In this document: positions 1 through 13,439 of the stretch, in pieces
How positions within the stretch are numbered: position 1 is the stretch's first letter
Layout of the letters: each line of letters starts with the position of its first letter
Assembly (NCBI RefSeq): GCF_964204645.1
Contig: NC_134026.1
Span: 16,030,150-16,094,149, forward strand
Direction of reading: 5' to 3'
DNA: 64,000 nt
Source of the DNA: Tubulanus polymorphus
Taxonomy: Eukaryota; Animalia; Nemertea
The notes under the pieces: generated by a model
Told to the model about the DNA's origin: nothing
Databases searched by the model: none
The model's input: only the letters and a program-made list of their open reading frames with translations
Translations under genes and position numbers: made by a program

Positions 1-266
1 CTATTCCCATTGGAACAATTGTATAATGCATACAGCTGTACCGTACACTTATCAGTCAAGAATGGAGAAATCGGTATACCAAACCTACGAACAGCAAAAT
101 GTACAGGCCTACAATGATTTCTGGTATACAAGCCGTGACCATATGAACGTTTTGGATCTAGGTTTGACTATTAATGTCAGCAGGTCAGGGAAGGCCTGGC
201 CAAATTTAATCACATGGCTCAAATCAATTGGCATTTCTGCGTGTGAATACTTCACTGTATTGTTTT

Positions 267-1377
267 AACTAGGGGTCCAGGGACACCATGCCCACTTGGG
301 AAGTGGTTATGAATGCTCAACAATCTAACAATTTCAATATTCAACGCCCCCTGGTGACCATATTCAAAACCCACTGACCTTGAAACTCACCACAATCATA
401 GAACATGTCACGAACTATAACTTTGTAATTGATCATGGTAACAAAATATGCCTAGGTACCAATATAATAAGGAAATACTAAGTTATTCTACTATTCAACG
501 CCCCCTGGTGACCATATAGAATAACTATTGGCCTTAAAATTGCCACAATCATAGATGATGTCATGAGCTACAACTTTGCAATTGATTGTGGTTACAAAAT
601 ATGCATTGATACGAATATAATATAGAAATACTAAGATATTGTATTATTCAACGCCCCCTGGTGGCCATATACAAAAACCAATGACCTTCAAACTCACCAC
701 AATCATAAACCATGTCATGCGCTACAACTTTCCAATTGATTGTGGTAAGAAAATATGCTTAAATATCAAAAATATAATGTGGAAAATCTTTTCCCACCTA
801 CGAATGAGTGCTTATGACACCAAGATGGCCGCCAATTGCGTCATAATTGGCTGATCAAAAATATCTGTCTCAGGTATAACACATCCCTTTTCAAAGAATA
901 CCCATCACAAATTGCAATGAGAAATGGCGAACCAGTAGGGAGCTACAGCACTCCGAATTCGGGCCAAAATTGACATTTTTGGGCACTAGAAAGGTCATAG
1001 GACGGTCATCTTGAGTCCGATCGACCCAATTTTCGTTATGCTGATGGGCCCTGGGGGATCACATACATCCAAAAGATCAAGGTAATTGATCAAAGCGTCT
1101 TCAAAATTTCCCTCAAAAAGTTCAAAAATGTGTAAAAAGTGTTGATTTTGGCGAACAACAATGGCTGCCAGTCGGCCATCTTGATTCTGACAGGGCCAGT
1201 TTTTGGGCTGAAGATGTGTCTAGGGTAGATACATGTGTAACCCAAATATCAAGACATTACATTGAAGCGTCTTCAAAACTTCCCAAAATAACTGGATTCC
1301 GTCTACAGACGGACGGACGACGGACGAAAAGTGAACGCAATAGCCCGCTGGGACTAAAGTCCCAAGTTGGCTAAAAA
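267..1377 (-). mobile_element. Helentron-associated non-autonomous element (HINE/DINE-1-like), copy 1, with 3 internal ~154-bp tandem units
   Basis: Subterminal inverted repeats GCCCACTTGGGA (290-301) / TCCCAAGTTGGC (1360-1371); terminal hairpin GGGACT-AA-AGTCCC; (GACG)n microsatellite at ~1308-1326; CTAG end; A/T-run flanks; tandem units starting TCAACGCCCCCTGG at 341, 495, 648; second copy at 3065-4465. Confidence 0.8.
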
Positions 1378-1676
1378 TAGGCCTATCGAGTGAATTAGTA
1401 CATAGACTGAATTAGACTTTAGGCTAGTCCTGACTTCACCAAGAATCTTAGTGTCTGATGTACCACATGGTTACACTAGGATCGTAGAGCGACAGAGATC
1501 ACTGGTGGAGACAACCGCTGCCAGTGCTGGGTGAAGTCCTGACCAAATCCTATCCATGTTATAATGGCACCAGTTATTAGTAACGTCACTGTAGGGCCGA
1601 CGAGAGGGAAAAAGTTGTGTTTGTAGTACATAGGCATGGTAGGCTTGTCGTACTCACTTAGGTCTAATACTTAAAA

Positions 1677-2009
1677 CGCTGTTGTTATCTGTACGTGACT
1701 GTACGGTGATTTAAAGGTTAGCCATATGTGAGTACGTTGACGCTCAGACTTGCAATATTGGGATTCGAAACCAAACGAAAAAAAAATCCAGTAGTAGTCC
1801 AGTGATTTACCCACTGTGCCACAGAACGTAACTGGTGGGAGGATGAATTTGATTTACAAATAGCCTAGCCTCACCTAACCCAAACTCTGTTCTTTTACGC
1901 ACGCGTGTTTGCAGATTACACTAGGAACTCACGTACGGCGTTAGTCGGGAACTCACGTACGGTTAACCTGTGGAGATCACCGTACAGTCACGTACAGGTA
2001 ACAACTACG
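1677..2009. mobile_element. MULE/MuDR-like MITE with ~33-bp TIRs and 9-bp TSD
   Basis: GTTGTTATCTGTACGTGACTGTACGGTGAT (1681-1710) is inverted at ~1976-2005; flanks TACTTAAAA (1668-1676) / TACCTAAAA (2010-2018). Confidence 0.75.
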
Positions 2010-2444
2010 TACCTAAAATGCTATTGGGTACTATATAATGGGCCTATATAGAAAAATAAATACCGGTGCGCGGTAGGCTTTCTTAGCTTCCACACTTCAC
2101 AACCGAACCAACTGACCAACCAGTATATATATTCCCAGTACGCACCAACCGGCGCAGGCCTAACACTGTTTGTCAACTGTGTGTCCCGTAGCAGGCTATC
2201 GACAATCACCTGATACTTTTCTGTCGTTTGTTTTCTCTCTAAGACGAACGTTATTCTAATAGCCCTCCGCGACTCAACGACCTTGATTTAAACTTGATCA
2301 ATTCAAAAACTGTTTATTGACGCTTTTGGTTACATGAACTGATCAGCAATATACTTAAATGAAATAACCCGAATAACAACAAATCAAAAATATAGCTGCA
2401 AAGCAGCGATAACGGGTTTTCTGCACAGTCTTAGAATCCTGTTC

Positions 2445-2662
2445 AACGGTGGATTTCAACAAAGCATTTGATAAGGCTCAACATCAGCCATTACTAAAGA
2501 GGCTATTAGGAAACAGTATCAATGATAGGTCGCCCAAATGGCTCAGCAGTTATCTCTGAACGGAAACTTGTAACCGAAATCAACGGAACGCCTCATCTTG
2601 GAATGAGACGGTTTAACTAGTGGAGTCACGCAAGGTAGTATCCTAAGTCGTCTTCTGTTTAA
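2445..2662 (+). pseudogene. Degenerate CR1/L2-type LINE reverse transcriptase fragment
   Basis: Translates (with disruptions) as VDFNKAFDKAQHQPLLKRLL...KWLSSYL...LTSGVTQGSILSRLLF, matching the DFSKAFD and SGVPQGSILGPLLF RT motifs. Confidence 0.7.
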
Positions 2663-2759
2663 TGTCCTGACAAATGACATACACAGTAATCCAAAATATA
2701 CCAGACCGAGTAAATTTCCAAAACGACCTTAACACACTGTTCGACCAAAAACTTAATGT

Positions 2760-5700
2760 TCCGACAAAACCTCGGGGACAAAACCAAAATTATGAATTGT
2801 CGCGGGTGACAAAACCAAAATATTGAATTGTCACGGGCGACAAAACAAAAATAATGAATTGTCGCGGGCGATAAAACCAAAATAATGAATTGTCGCGGGC
2901 GATAAAACCACAATAATGAATTGTCGCGGGCGTTAAAACTAAAATATTGAATTGTCGCGGCGATAAAACCAAAATAATGAATTGTCGCGGACGACAAAAA
3001 CAAAATATTGAATTGTTGCGTGCGACAAAACCAGAATAATGAATTGTCGCGGGTGAAAAAACCAAACTAGGGGTCCAGGGACACCATGCTCACTTGGGAA
3101 GTGGTTTCAAATGCTCAACAATCTAACAATTTCAATACGCAACGCCCTCTAGTGACCATATACAAAAACCAATGACCTTGAAACCCACCACAATCATAGA
3201 ACATGTGAGCAGCTATGATTTTGTAATCGATTGTGATAACAAAATATGCCTCGTTACCAATTTAATATGGAAATACTAAAATATTCTACTATTCAACGCC
3301 CCTGGTGACCATATGCAAAACCCAATGACCTTAAAACTCACCACAATCGTAGTACATGTCATGAAATACAACTTTGCAATTTATCATAGTAACAAAATAT
3401 GCCTAGGTACCAATCTAATAAGGAAATACTAAGCCATTCTACTATTCAACGCCCCCTGGTGACTCTATGGAATAACTAATGTCCTTAAAAACTCACCACA
3501 ATCATAGACGATGTCATGATCTACAACTTTGCAATGGATCATGGTAACAAACTATGCCTAGGTACCAATCTAATGAGGAAAAACTAAGCTTTTCTACTAT
3601 TCAACGCCCCCTGGTGACTATATGGAATAACTAATGTCCTTAAAAACTCACCACAATCATAGACGATGTCATGAACTACAACTTCGCAATTGATCATGGT
3701 AACAAAATATGCCTTGGTACAAATATAATATAGCAATACTACGTTATTGTTTTATTCAACGCCCCCTGATGGCCACATACTAAAACCAATGACCTTGAAA
3801 CTCAACAAAATCATAGAACACGTTATGGGCTAAAACTTTCCAATTGAATATAGTAACACAATATGCTTAGGTATCGATTTAATGTGGAAAAACTTTTTCC
3901 CACCTACGAATGAGTACTGATGACACCAAGATGGCCGCCAATTGCGTCATAATTGGCTGATCAAAAATACCTGTCACAGGTATAAAACATCCCTCTCTAA
4001 GGAATACCCATCAGCAATTGCAATGAGAAATGGCAAACCAGTAGGAAGCTACAGGACCTAGACGTCTGGCCGAAATTGACATTTTTGGGCACTAAAAAGG
4101 TCATAGGACGGCCATCTTGAGTCAGATCGACCCAATTTTCTTATGCTGATGGGCCTTTGGTAGATTCAAATATAAACGAAAGATCAAGATCAAAGCGTCT
4201 TCAAAATTTCCCACGAAAACTTCGAAAATGTTTAAAAAGTGCTGATTTTGGCAAACAACAATGGCTGCCAGTCGGCCATCTTGAATCTGACAGGGCCAGT
4301 TTTTGGGCTGACGATGTGTCTAGGGTAGATACATGTATAAACCAAATCTCAAGACATTACCTTGAAGCGTCTTCAAAACTTCCCAAAATAACTGGATTCC
4401 GTCTATGGACGGACGAAAAGTGAACACAATAGCCCGCTGGGACTAAAGTCCCAAGTGGACTGAAATTGAATTGTCGCGGGCGACAAAACCAAACTAATGA
4501 ATTGTCGCGGGTGATAAAACCAAAATATTGAATTGTAACGGGCGACAAAACCAAACTAATGAATTGTCGCGGGCGATAAAACCAAACTAATTAATTATCG
4601 TAGGCGATAAAACAAAAATATTGAATTGTCGCGGGCGATAAAACCAAAATAATGATTGTCTCGGGCGATAAAACCAAAATAATGAATTGTCGCGGGCGAC
4701 AAAACCAAAATAATGAATTGTCGCGGGCGATAAAACCAAAATAATGAATTGTCTCGGGCGACAAAACCAAAATAATGAATTGTCGCGGACGATAAAAACA
4801 AAATATTGAATTGTCGCGGGCGATAAAACCAAAATAATGAATTATCGCGGGCGATAAAACCAAAATATTGAATTGTCGCGGGCGATAAAACCAAAATAAA
4901 GAATTGTCGCGGGCGACAAAACCAAAAAAAAAATTGTCGCGGGCGACAAAAACAAAGTATAAACCAAAATAATGAATTGTCGCGGGCGTCAAAACCAAAA
5001 ACAAGAATTGTCGCGGGCGACAAAACCAAAATAATGAATTGTCGTGGGCGATAAAACCAAAATATCGAATTGTCGCGGGCGACAAAACCAAAAAAAGAAT
5101 TGTCGGGGCGACAAAACCAAAATAATGAATTGTCGCGGGTGACAAAACCAAAATGGTGAATTGTCGCGGGCGAAAAAAACCAAAATAATGAATTGTCGCG
5201 GGCGATAAAACCAAAATAATGAATTGTCGCGGGCGATAAAACTAAAATAATGAATTGTCTCTGGCGACAAAACCAAAATAATGAATAGTAGGGCGATAAA
5301 ACCAAAATAATGAATTATCGCGGGCGATAAAACCAAAATATTGAATTGTCGCGGGCGATAAAACCAAAATAATGAATTGTCGCGGGCGACAAAACCAAAA
5401 TATTGAATTGTCGCGGGCGACAAAACCAAACTAATGAAATGTCGCGGGCGACAAAACCAAAAAAAGAATTGTCGGGGCGACAAAACCAAAATAATGAATT
5501 GTCGCGGGCGACAAAACCAAAATGGTGAATTGTCGCGGGCGACAAACCCAAAATAATGAATTGTCGCGGGCGATAAAACCGTAATAATGAATTGTCGCGG
5601 GCGATAAATCCAAAATAATGAATTTTCTCAGGCGACAAAACCAAAATAATGGATTATCGCGGGCGATAAAACCAAAATATTGAATTGTCGCAGGTGATAA

Positions 5701-6050
5701 AACCAAAATATTGAATTGTCGCGGGCGACAAACCCAAAATAATGAATTGTCGCGGGCGATAAAACCGTAATAATGAATTGTCGCGGGCGATAAATCCAAA
5801 ATAATGAATTTTCTCAGGCGACAAAACCAAAATAATGGATTATCGCGGGCGATAAAACCAAAATATTGAATTGTCGCAGGTGATAAAACCAAAATATTGA
5901 ATTGTCGCGGGTGACAAAACCAAAAAGAAGAATTGTCGCGGGCGACAAAACCAAAATAATGCATTGTCGCTGGCGATAAAACCAAAGTAATGCATTGTCG
6001 TGGGCGATAAAACCAAAATAATGAATTGTCGCGGGCGACAAAATCAAAAT
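2760..6050. repeat. 31-bp minisatellite array (AAAACCAAAATAATGAATTGTCGCGGGCGAY), split by a HINE insertion at 3065-4465
   Basis: Dozens of head-to-tail 31-bp units; each contains the dyad TTGTCGC-GG-GCGACAA. Confidence 0.95.
3065..4465 (-). mobile_element. HINE-like element, copy 2, with 5 internal ~154-bp tandem units
   Basis: Colinear with 267-1377; units at 3139, 3293, 3446, 3601, 3756; inserted into an A-run of the 31-bp minisatellite without an obvious TSD. Confidence 0.8.
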
Positions 6051-6649
6051 CATTGTTTTCTCGCGTTATTTTAGTTTTGTCGTTTTGTCGTAATGTCGCC
6101 CTCATTTGCATATTCGTGTTTTTTTATCTTATCAGCCACCATACTAAAGCTTTAAGGTCACGTAAAACTCGATAAACACTTCAAGCGACACAGCGAACGA
6201 TCTCCTTTCCCCACAGCGAACGCTTACTCCGAATGTCAAGTGTGAGTCCAGCATACGGATAGGAGTGTGTTATATACTTGTATTTAGTAAATACCTTGTG
6301 GATTTGACAATTATCGGTATGTACTGTAGGAAATATAGAGTACTGATGGTATTGATATAGAGGCCCGCGGCCGAATAAAGGAATATATTCTTTTATTTAT
6401 ATACCTCGTCGACATAACAGCTTTTCTCCGCTATATCTCTTCGGCGTGTTTAGTTTAGGCCTTCGACTCCCCGGTACTTATGATTTATCTTAGTAAAAAC
6501 ACGGTAATTTTGGTAAAGAAAAATAGGTATTGCTAAATTAACTGCTTGACGCCCGCAGCCAAATCACTGGTAATAAATTAATTTGTACTCGATTTGATTC
6601 TCAGAATGAGGAGAAACTCGTAGCTGATTCCCGGAACGACGATGTAGTG

Positions 6650-7613
6650 ACACACGTCGATTTGTCGATGTTTACGGCTCGACAGTGCTTTTAAAATCTA
6701 AAGTAGTAAATTTCCTGTGTATTGGTATTATAATTTGATGAGGAAAATGGGTTATTGTTATAATTAGTTTTTAAAAACCGCGACAGAATGTGCAATCTTT
6801 GGGTAATAAATTTGTTAATTTATGCTTGAATTGATAATGGATGTGACAAGAAACGTGCGTAGATTTCGGAAAGACGACTTAGAAAAACATGTCGGCTCTT
6901 TGAATGGGGCTCAATTTTCGATGTTTACGGCCCGACAGTGCTTTTGTAACGTTGATTCTTCAAAATTTGCACGGAGTATTTGTAGATCGAAGTGAGCTGA
7001 ATGATATCAAACGGATTGTATCGGCAACAGCGGTAATGTAAAAAAGCCTATGTACTTTTGACAAAAAAAGTGTGGAAAAAAAAATAATAATAATAATAAT
7101 AATAATAAGAAACACGCGAATCTCAATAGGGTTTTCTGTGACGTAACAGAAAACCCTAAATATCAAAGAGGTAACCAACAAATGCCCGTAAACCTGTCAG
7201 ACACGCGAACGCCGGACTCGTAAACTCTAAGACTCGGACCCGCTGAGCAATAAATTCATGAAATTGACTTTGAAATTGATTGTGGAGAAGAGAGGGAATA
7301 ATTCGATAGCTCTTCCTCATACAGAAGAGAGAAATTTCGGAAAGAAAACACAACATGGCTACTAATTGAACGGAGCCAAATTTCCGATGTTTACGGCTCG
7401 ACAGTGCCTTTATAACGTGGATTTATCAAAATTCCCATGCAGTCACTGGAGATTGAAGTGGGCTGAAGGAAAAAATACGGATTGTATCGGCGACAGCGGT
7501 AAGGTAAGGAAGCCTTTACACTTTTAACAAAAACTGTGTGGAAAAGGGTTTAAAAAAATGATAATCACGCGAATTTCAATAGGGTTTTCTGTGAAGAAAC
7601 AGAAAACCCTAAT
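6650..7613 (-). mobile_element. Second HINE-like family, tandemly arranged copies (~453-bp period)
   Basis: Hairpin TAGGGTTTTCTG-N8-CAGAAAACCCTA at 7127-7158 and 7580-7611; adjacent (AAT)n; CGATGTTTACGGCYCGACAGTGC at ~6667, 6919, 7386. Confidence 0.6.
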
Positions 7614-8039
7614 TAAAAACATTTCAGAAACTTGATTGAAAGATATTTTCAGATCAGAAAATTGCGTATTTTTAATGGTTCTATATCATCTTTTTAACTC
7701 TACCGTGCAAAAACCCGTACAAGCATCCACACAACCACTGAAAGTTTAATATAGAGTTTGTTAGAATTTTCATTCGTCTAAATTAATAAGAAAAAGGTAA
7801 TTATACGTTCTAGCGGTCACTGTTGACTTTAGAAATCATGAATATTCAAAAATGAGTTTGAAAAAATATCAGGTCTTTTCGGGATTCGAACCCATTCACA
7901 ATGGGTAGCAATCATTCTTCATGGTTAATCTCTATGTCAGGACAGTCTGGTGTATAAGATTCAGAAGGGCCACGATAGCGACTGGCATTAACTTGATTCT
8001 CAGTTGCATTTTTGAACCGGTTCAAATTTGGTCCGAGCC

Positions 8040-8846
<807 letters not shown>

Positions 8847-9344
8847 GTAAAAAAACACCTTAATGAACACCTCTTGAAATTAAAAGCTATTCAATACAAC
8901 AATTTACTGAAACTTGTATTTTCCGGATGACTCTAAGTAAAAGACTAGAAATGTAGCACATATATAACATCATTGAAGGTCATGTGAAAAAATCATGTAC
9001 TCTAACTATCAGTAACTCAAATTTTGGTATTAGATCCAATTGATATTAATCTCATTGTGTTGATCTATAAAGCTGTAAAACCCATCTGTCCACGAAGCGT
9101 CCCCCTCCCTTCGAACCTGATGGCATTAAGAGACACTGCCACTACATGAACCCACCTGCCGCATACTTGGCACATTCAATTTTAGCCCTGGCTGTTCTAT
9201 TTATAACTATTTATAGATCTGCCTTATACAAGCATTCTGATTTGGTGCAACACATTTTTCAGATCGTATAATGCTAAGATCTCTATGTGACAAAGGCAAC
9301 TGCATGCGCACACGACGTGTTCTATGATTGTAGTGGGTTTCTGT

Positions 9345-9436
9345 ATTTGTTCACCAGGGGGCATTTAATGTTGTCATATTGTCAAGTCAAGCATTTTACT
9401 AATTAAGTGGGCATGGTGTCCCTTCACCCCTAGTTT
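9345..9436 (+). mobile_element. 3' end remnant of the 267-1377 HINE family in opposite orientation
   Basis: AAGTGGGCATGGTGTCCCTTCACCCCTAGTT is the reverse complement of the family end at 267-298; TCACCAGGGGGC matches the internal unit. Confidence 0.6.
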
Positions 9437-9639
9437 GAACGATGAAGGATTGTAAATTTCATGTGGATGATTAGATGGGTACGCTAAAATGTGTAATTAG
9501 AATAAAAATTGTTTCATATTATAGTTATGTTTATAGTATGTTATACTTCTTCTGGATATTCATTGGACACCTGAATCGTAGGAGGAAGAATATGCTGTGG
9601 AAAACCTGCACAACATCGTCATGGATGCTTTTTCCGGAA

Positions 9640-10005
9640 TAAATAAAATACATTTCTGAAAATAAAATTTGAGAAATATATTTCAAATGCAAAAAAATAT
9701 ATTCGAAACGCGAAAAATATATTGCGAAATACACAAAATCAAAAATATATTTTTTGAAAAAATGAATATATTTAAAAGACATTTTCAAAAATATATTTTT
9801 CGCAAAACTCAAAATCAAAATTATATTTTTAGAAAATAAAAATATATTTGAAACGCGTTTCTATAAATACATTTTTTCGCGAAACTGCAAAATGGAAAAA
9901 TATATTTTTTCAAAAAATATATATTCGGAACGCATTTTAGAAAATATATTTAGAAAATATATTTTTCGCAAAAATACATTCCAAAATCAGAAATATATTT
10001 TTTGG
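9640..10005. repeat. Degenerate AAAATATATTTT-motif repeat block, probably the internal part of a non-autonomous DNA transposon
   Basis: More than 10 copies of the palindromic AAATATATTT core interspersed with CGAAA/CGCAAAA. Confidence 0.55.
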
Positions 10006-11309
10006 TTCGAAGAATGAAAACCTTAGCTATCGTCAAGTTGCAGTCATAAAGTCACGTGACAGGATCGGAAGATTTTCTTTTCAGATTGAGTGATACGCCT
10101 AAATGAAATAGGTCCACATACGTAATTCGCTTGTCTTAAGAATGTTATGATTACCATGATAGATATATTCAAATACTCTGAATAATATCATTTTCTAAAA
10201 TCATGCGTAATGAATGCCGATTTAGCGGTTGGTTAAAACAAATCATTACATCTACTCGCGCATAAATACACCATCAATGCTGAGCCTGTTAATGCGCCAG
10301 TACCCGTACGTACAGGCACACAAACGTTGATGCCGACACCGGCTTCCACTTCAAAAGTTAAGAACAAAATATTAGAAATATTTGTGATTCGATTTACACC
10401 AAATAAACCTTTAAAGTAAGGTATTTAGCATCGGGTATTCTGCCAAATACTCTAGATTGATACACTACATAGTTCTTCAAGCGAAGCGCATTTTTAGTGT
10501 AAACCAATTATGTTTATCGCCAAACAAACTTCTCTAATGGAATATCAATTTCTTTTCATAATTTGCCTTTCTTTTATGCGATTTATAATTTGTACATCAG
10601 ACTTTGCTTCTTCGAACCACAGGACTTTGAAGTCATCTTGTTCACAAAAAAAATATTTCATTTTCTTAAGGGACGCGCACCTTAAACATGGCGCCGCCAT
10701 TCATTACGCTAGTCACAATGTATCTCTACGCACATCAAACTCACTTGAAGTACAAGTGTTGATTTATGAGAAACGATCGAAATCCAGCAATTTGATTGGG
10801 AAAATAGCAGCACTACAGTTAAAAAATTTGATAAACCACCTCCGACTGTCTAATCATTCAAAAACTTTGCCTCCATATGGAACTATTTCCGCCTTATCAC
10901 AGGTGCACTCTGCCGCCGTGATTCGCGCATTCAACGTAGAAAATTTTCCCGCGGTCTTACTATCGACATTTTCTAATAATTCAGGGAAATATTTACAGAA
11001 AGCGAAATTTCACACTGCATTAATAAGATTAAAGTATTTTTTCATTTGACAAATCTTCGTCTGAAATCCCACCAACAAGTTTAAAGTGGTGACACGAAAA
11101 TGACGCCATCGACTCACTACCATCTTACAAAAAACACTCGGCTGTAGGGCTTGAGGGGTTTTGATGTTGTCCGTGTCCATCCTTCGTCTCTCCCTTATAC
11201 TTTTTGCCATTTTACAGTACTTTTTCACAGTAGGGCTACTTTTTTTGATTTGATATTTTCCAAATGCCTGCTTCTTGTGCCTGGCTATTACAACTATGCT
11301 GCTTCGCCC

Positions 11310-11422
11310 AGAGCCTGGTTTTACAGACTGTTATTACCTTTAACCCGGGGGCTAACTTAACCATTTTCAATTGAGTCAGCCCCTGGGTTAAAGGTAATAC
11401 CAGCCTATTAAACCGGTCCCAG
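11310..11422. mobile_element. Small palindromic MITE-like foldback
   Basis: ~45-bp imperfect arms (TATTACCTTTAACCCGGGGGCTAACTTAA / TTGAGTCAGCCCCTGGGTTAAAGGTAATA) around a ~10-nt loop. Confidence 0.6.
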
Positions 11423-12341
11423 TATTTCAGCTTTAAGTCAAGATTATTACTAAATAACCTAGCAACTATGGAATGCAACCGGTCGGTGGGGATAGGAAAT
11501 GCAGAAGAAAGCAATAAACGAGTTGTTATGCTCGTTCTGAGTGTTAGGAACCAACTTTTCTCATAATAGCCAGGAATTCGAAACTTTTTATCTTTGCGCG
11601 GTTTAGTGCCGTTTTTTTGTATTTTTCAAGATCGATCTTTAGTTGATTTGGTTGTTGGGAGGAATGTTTTTGTTTGCACTATAGAGAATATCATTGACAA
11701 ATATGCAAGATTTGGAAAATATAGCTTATTTCGCAAATTGGAAGGAGGACCTTGATATGATAATTAGCCATGTGCTCGAATTGCAAATTCAATCAAATTT
11801 AATTCTACAAAACAAAAATCCAATTCAATTTTATTCTATTGAACAAATTTACATAAATCCAATTCTATTCTGTTCTATTCCTCATTCAAATAAATAAGAC
11901 GAAGGAATTTTGATTGATCTGAGGTATTTGTTCCTGCTATCTGTATTTTGACAAATTGGCAATGGGTTATTGCCGTGGCAATTTAAATAGCAATGGGTTA
12001 TTGCCATTTATACATCGACTCAAAGACAGCATTTTAGTGAATCTCCAAAGCGATTTGAATAATAGTTCGTCCACTTAAATTTGGCTGCTGCAAACAACAA
12101 GAACTTAATAGCGCCGAATAATAGTCGTCAATCGTTTGACGGTAGAGTGCGTTAGGTCGAATTTGTCGGTGCGCCAGTGTTTGTGCGTTATGTATATATA
12201 TATATATATATTCATAATGGCGGACTGTTAGCAAACACTAGTCAGGAGCTCCTAAGCTAATCCATATTATAGACGTCCCGAAGAAGTTTTTCGAAGTTCA
12301 AAAGTGGTCAAGTAATCTAAGTACGTCGTTGTTATTGTGAA

Positions 12342-13405
12342 ATGGGAAAATCCAGAGGAAGACAGAAGAGGACAGCCTCAGATACTAGTGATACTAGTTT
12401 CAACAGTTTAGAATCCGAAGGGAAACGAACTGACCAGCGACCTTCACCCCAAAAGCACCTGGGGATAGGTGATCAACCGAGCATGGCAGCGACAGTCACA
12501 AATGGTGGACCCGGAACTGGGGACAATGCACATGCCGCCGATATTCTCGGACTATTGCATGGCATGTCAGAAAAACTAGACAAACTGGAGACGATCGAAG
12601 CCTCGATTCTTAGCCTGTCTGATAGCTTGGACGCGATAAAGAAACGAAGCAACGAGATGGATAAGAAGATCCACAGCGTTTCGGATGAAGTGAAATCGTT
12701 GCGCGAAGAAAACAAAAAACTCAACGATGTTGTCCTAGATCTCCAAATGCGTTCTATGCGGGATAATCTTCTTTTCTTTGGCGTAGAAGAAGCCAGAGAA
12801 GAGGTGCCAACCGAAGTTATCTACGATGTTCTCAAAGATAAAGCGAATATCCCTGACGCTAGAGAACGAATACGGTTCGCTCGGGTGCATCGCATAGGTA
12901 GATTTAAACCAGGATCTGATCGTCCGATAGTAGCTAAGTTCCAATACTTCCCCGATAGAGAGGAAGTCCGCGCGAAATACACAACCCTGTACGCAAACGG
13001 GATAAGGGTTACCCAGCAAATTCCGAAAGAAATACGAGAACGGCGCAAGGCATACAATGGCGTTGTTGAGAAATGAAAAGAATCAGGAACGAAATTTCAT
13101 TTTGTTAAAGACAATTGTTGTTCGTGAATGATAAGTTATACGAGCGTCCCGCGGGCCCATCTCGACCAGCGACGACTGATGAACCCCAATCACAATCGTT
13201 GACGACAAACAGCGTCCAAGATGCAGATAGGCACACCGCATCTAATACTCGTACGCATGATCGACAGACTACAGCAGATAGGGGTCATTCCGACCTACAA
13301 GATACGGCCAGCATGGATAACCACCTGAGTGAAATTCTTCAACAGGCACGCATCACTTTGGATAGCGATACCAACGGAAATACCCACACCCGCCCGCGTG
13401 AATAG
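12342..13405 (+). pseudogene. LINE ORF1 (coiled coil + L1/Tnp_22-like RRM), disrupted
   Basis: Heptad coiled coil, SMRDNLLFFGVEE, RVHRIGR, RPIVAKF; stop at 13074-13076, then continuation KLFVNDKLY in a shifted frame. Confidence 0.85.
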
Positions 13406-13439
13406 GATACCGCTAGAGACGTCTACACCGAAAACACCC

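Larger units (their letters stand above)
2760..6143. mobile_element. Left-truncated IS3EU-like non-autonomous DNA transposon whose body is the 31-bp array
   Basis: Right end ...TGTCGCCCTCATTTGCATA...CTTATCAGCCACCATA (to 6143) parallels the right end of the complete element at 46363-47028; left TIR not found. Confidence 0.6.

Noticed and set aside
2760-6050. CRISPR-like array of 31-bp partially palindromic repeats, and the many overlapping ORFs in it
   Set aside because: Units are head-to-tail with no unique spacers, there are no cas genes and the context is eukaryotic; the ORFs are translations of the minisatellite
10510-11049. 179-aa ORF
   Set aside because: No domain signature; composition typical of non-coding repeat-derived sequence
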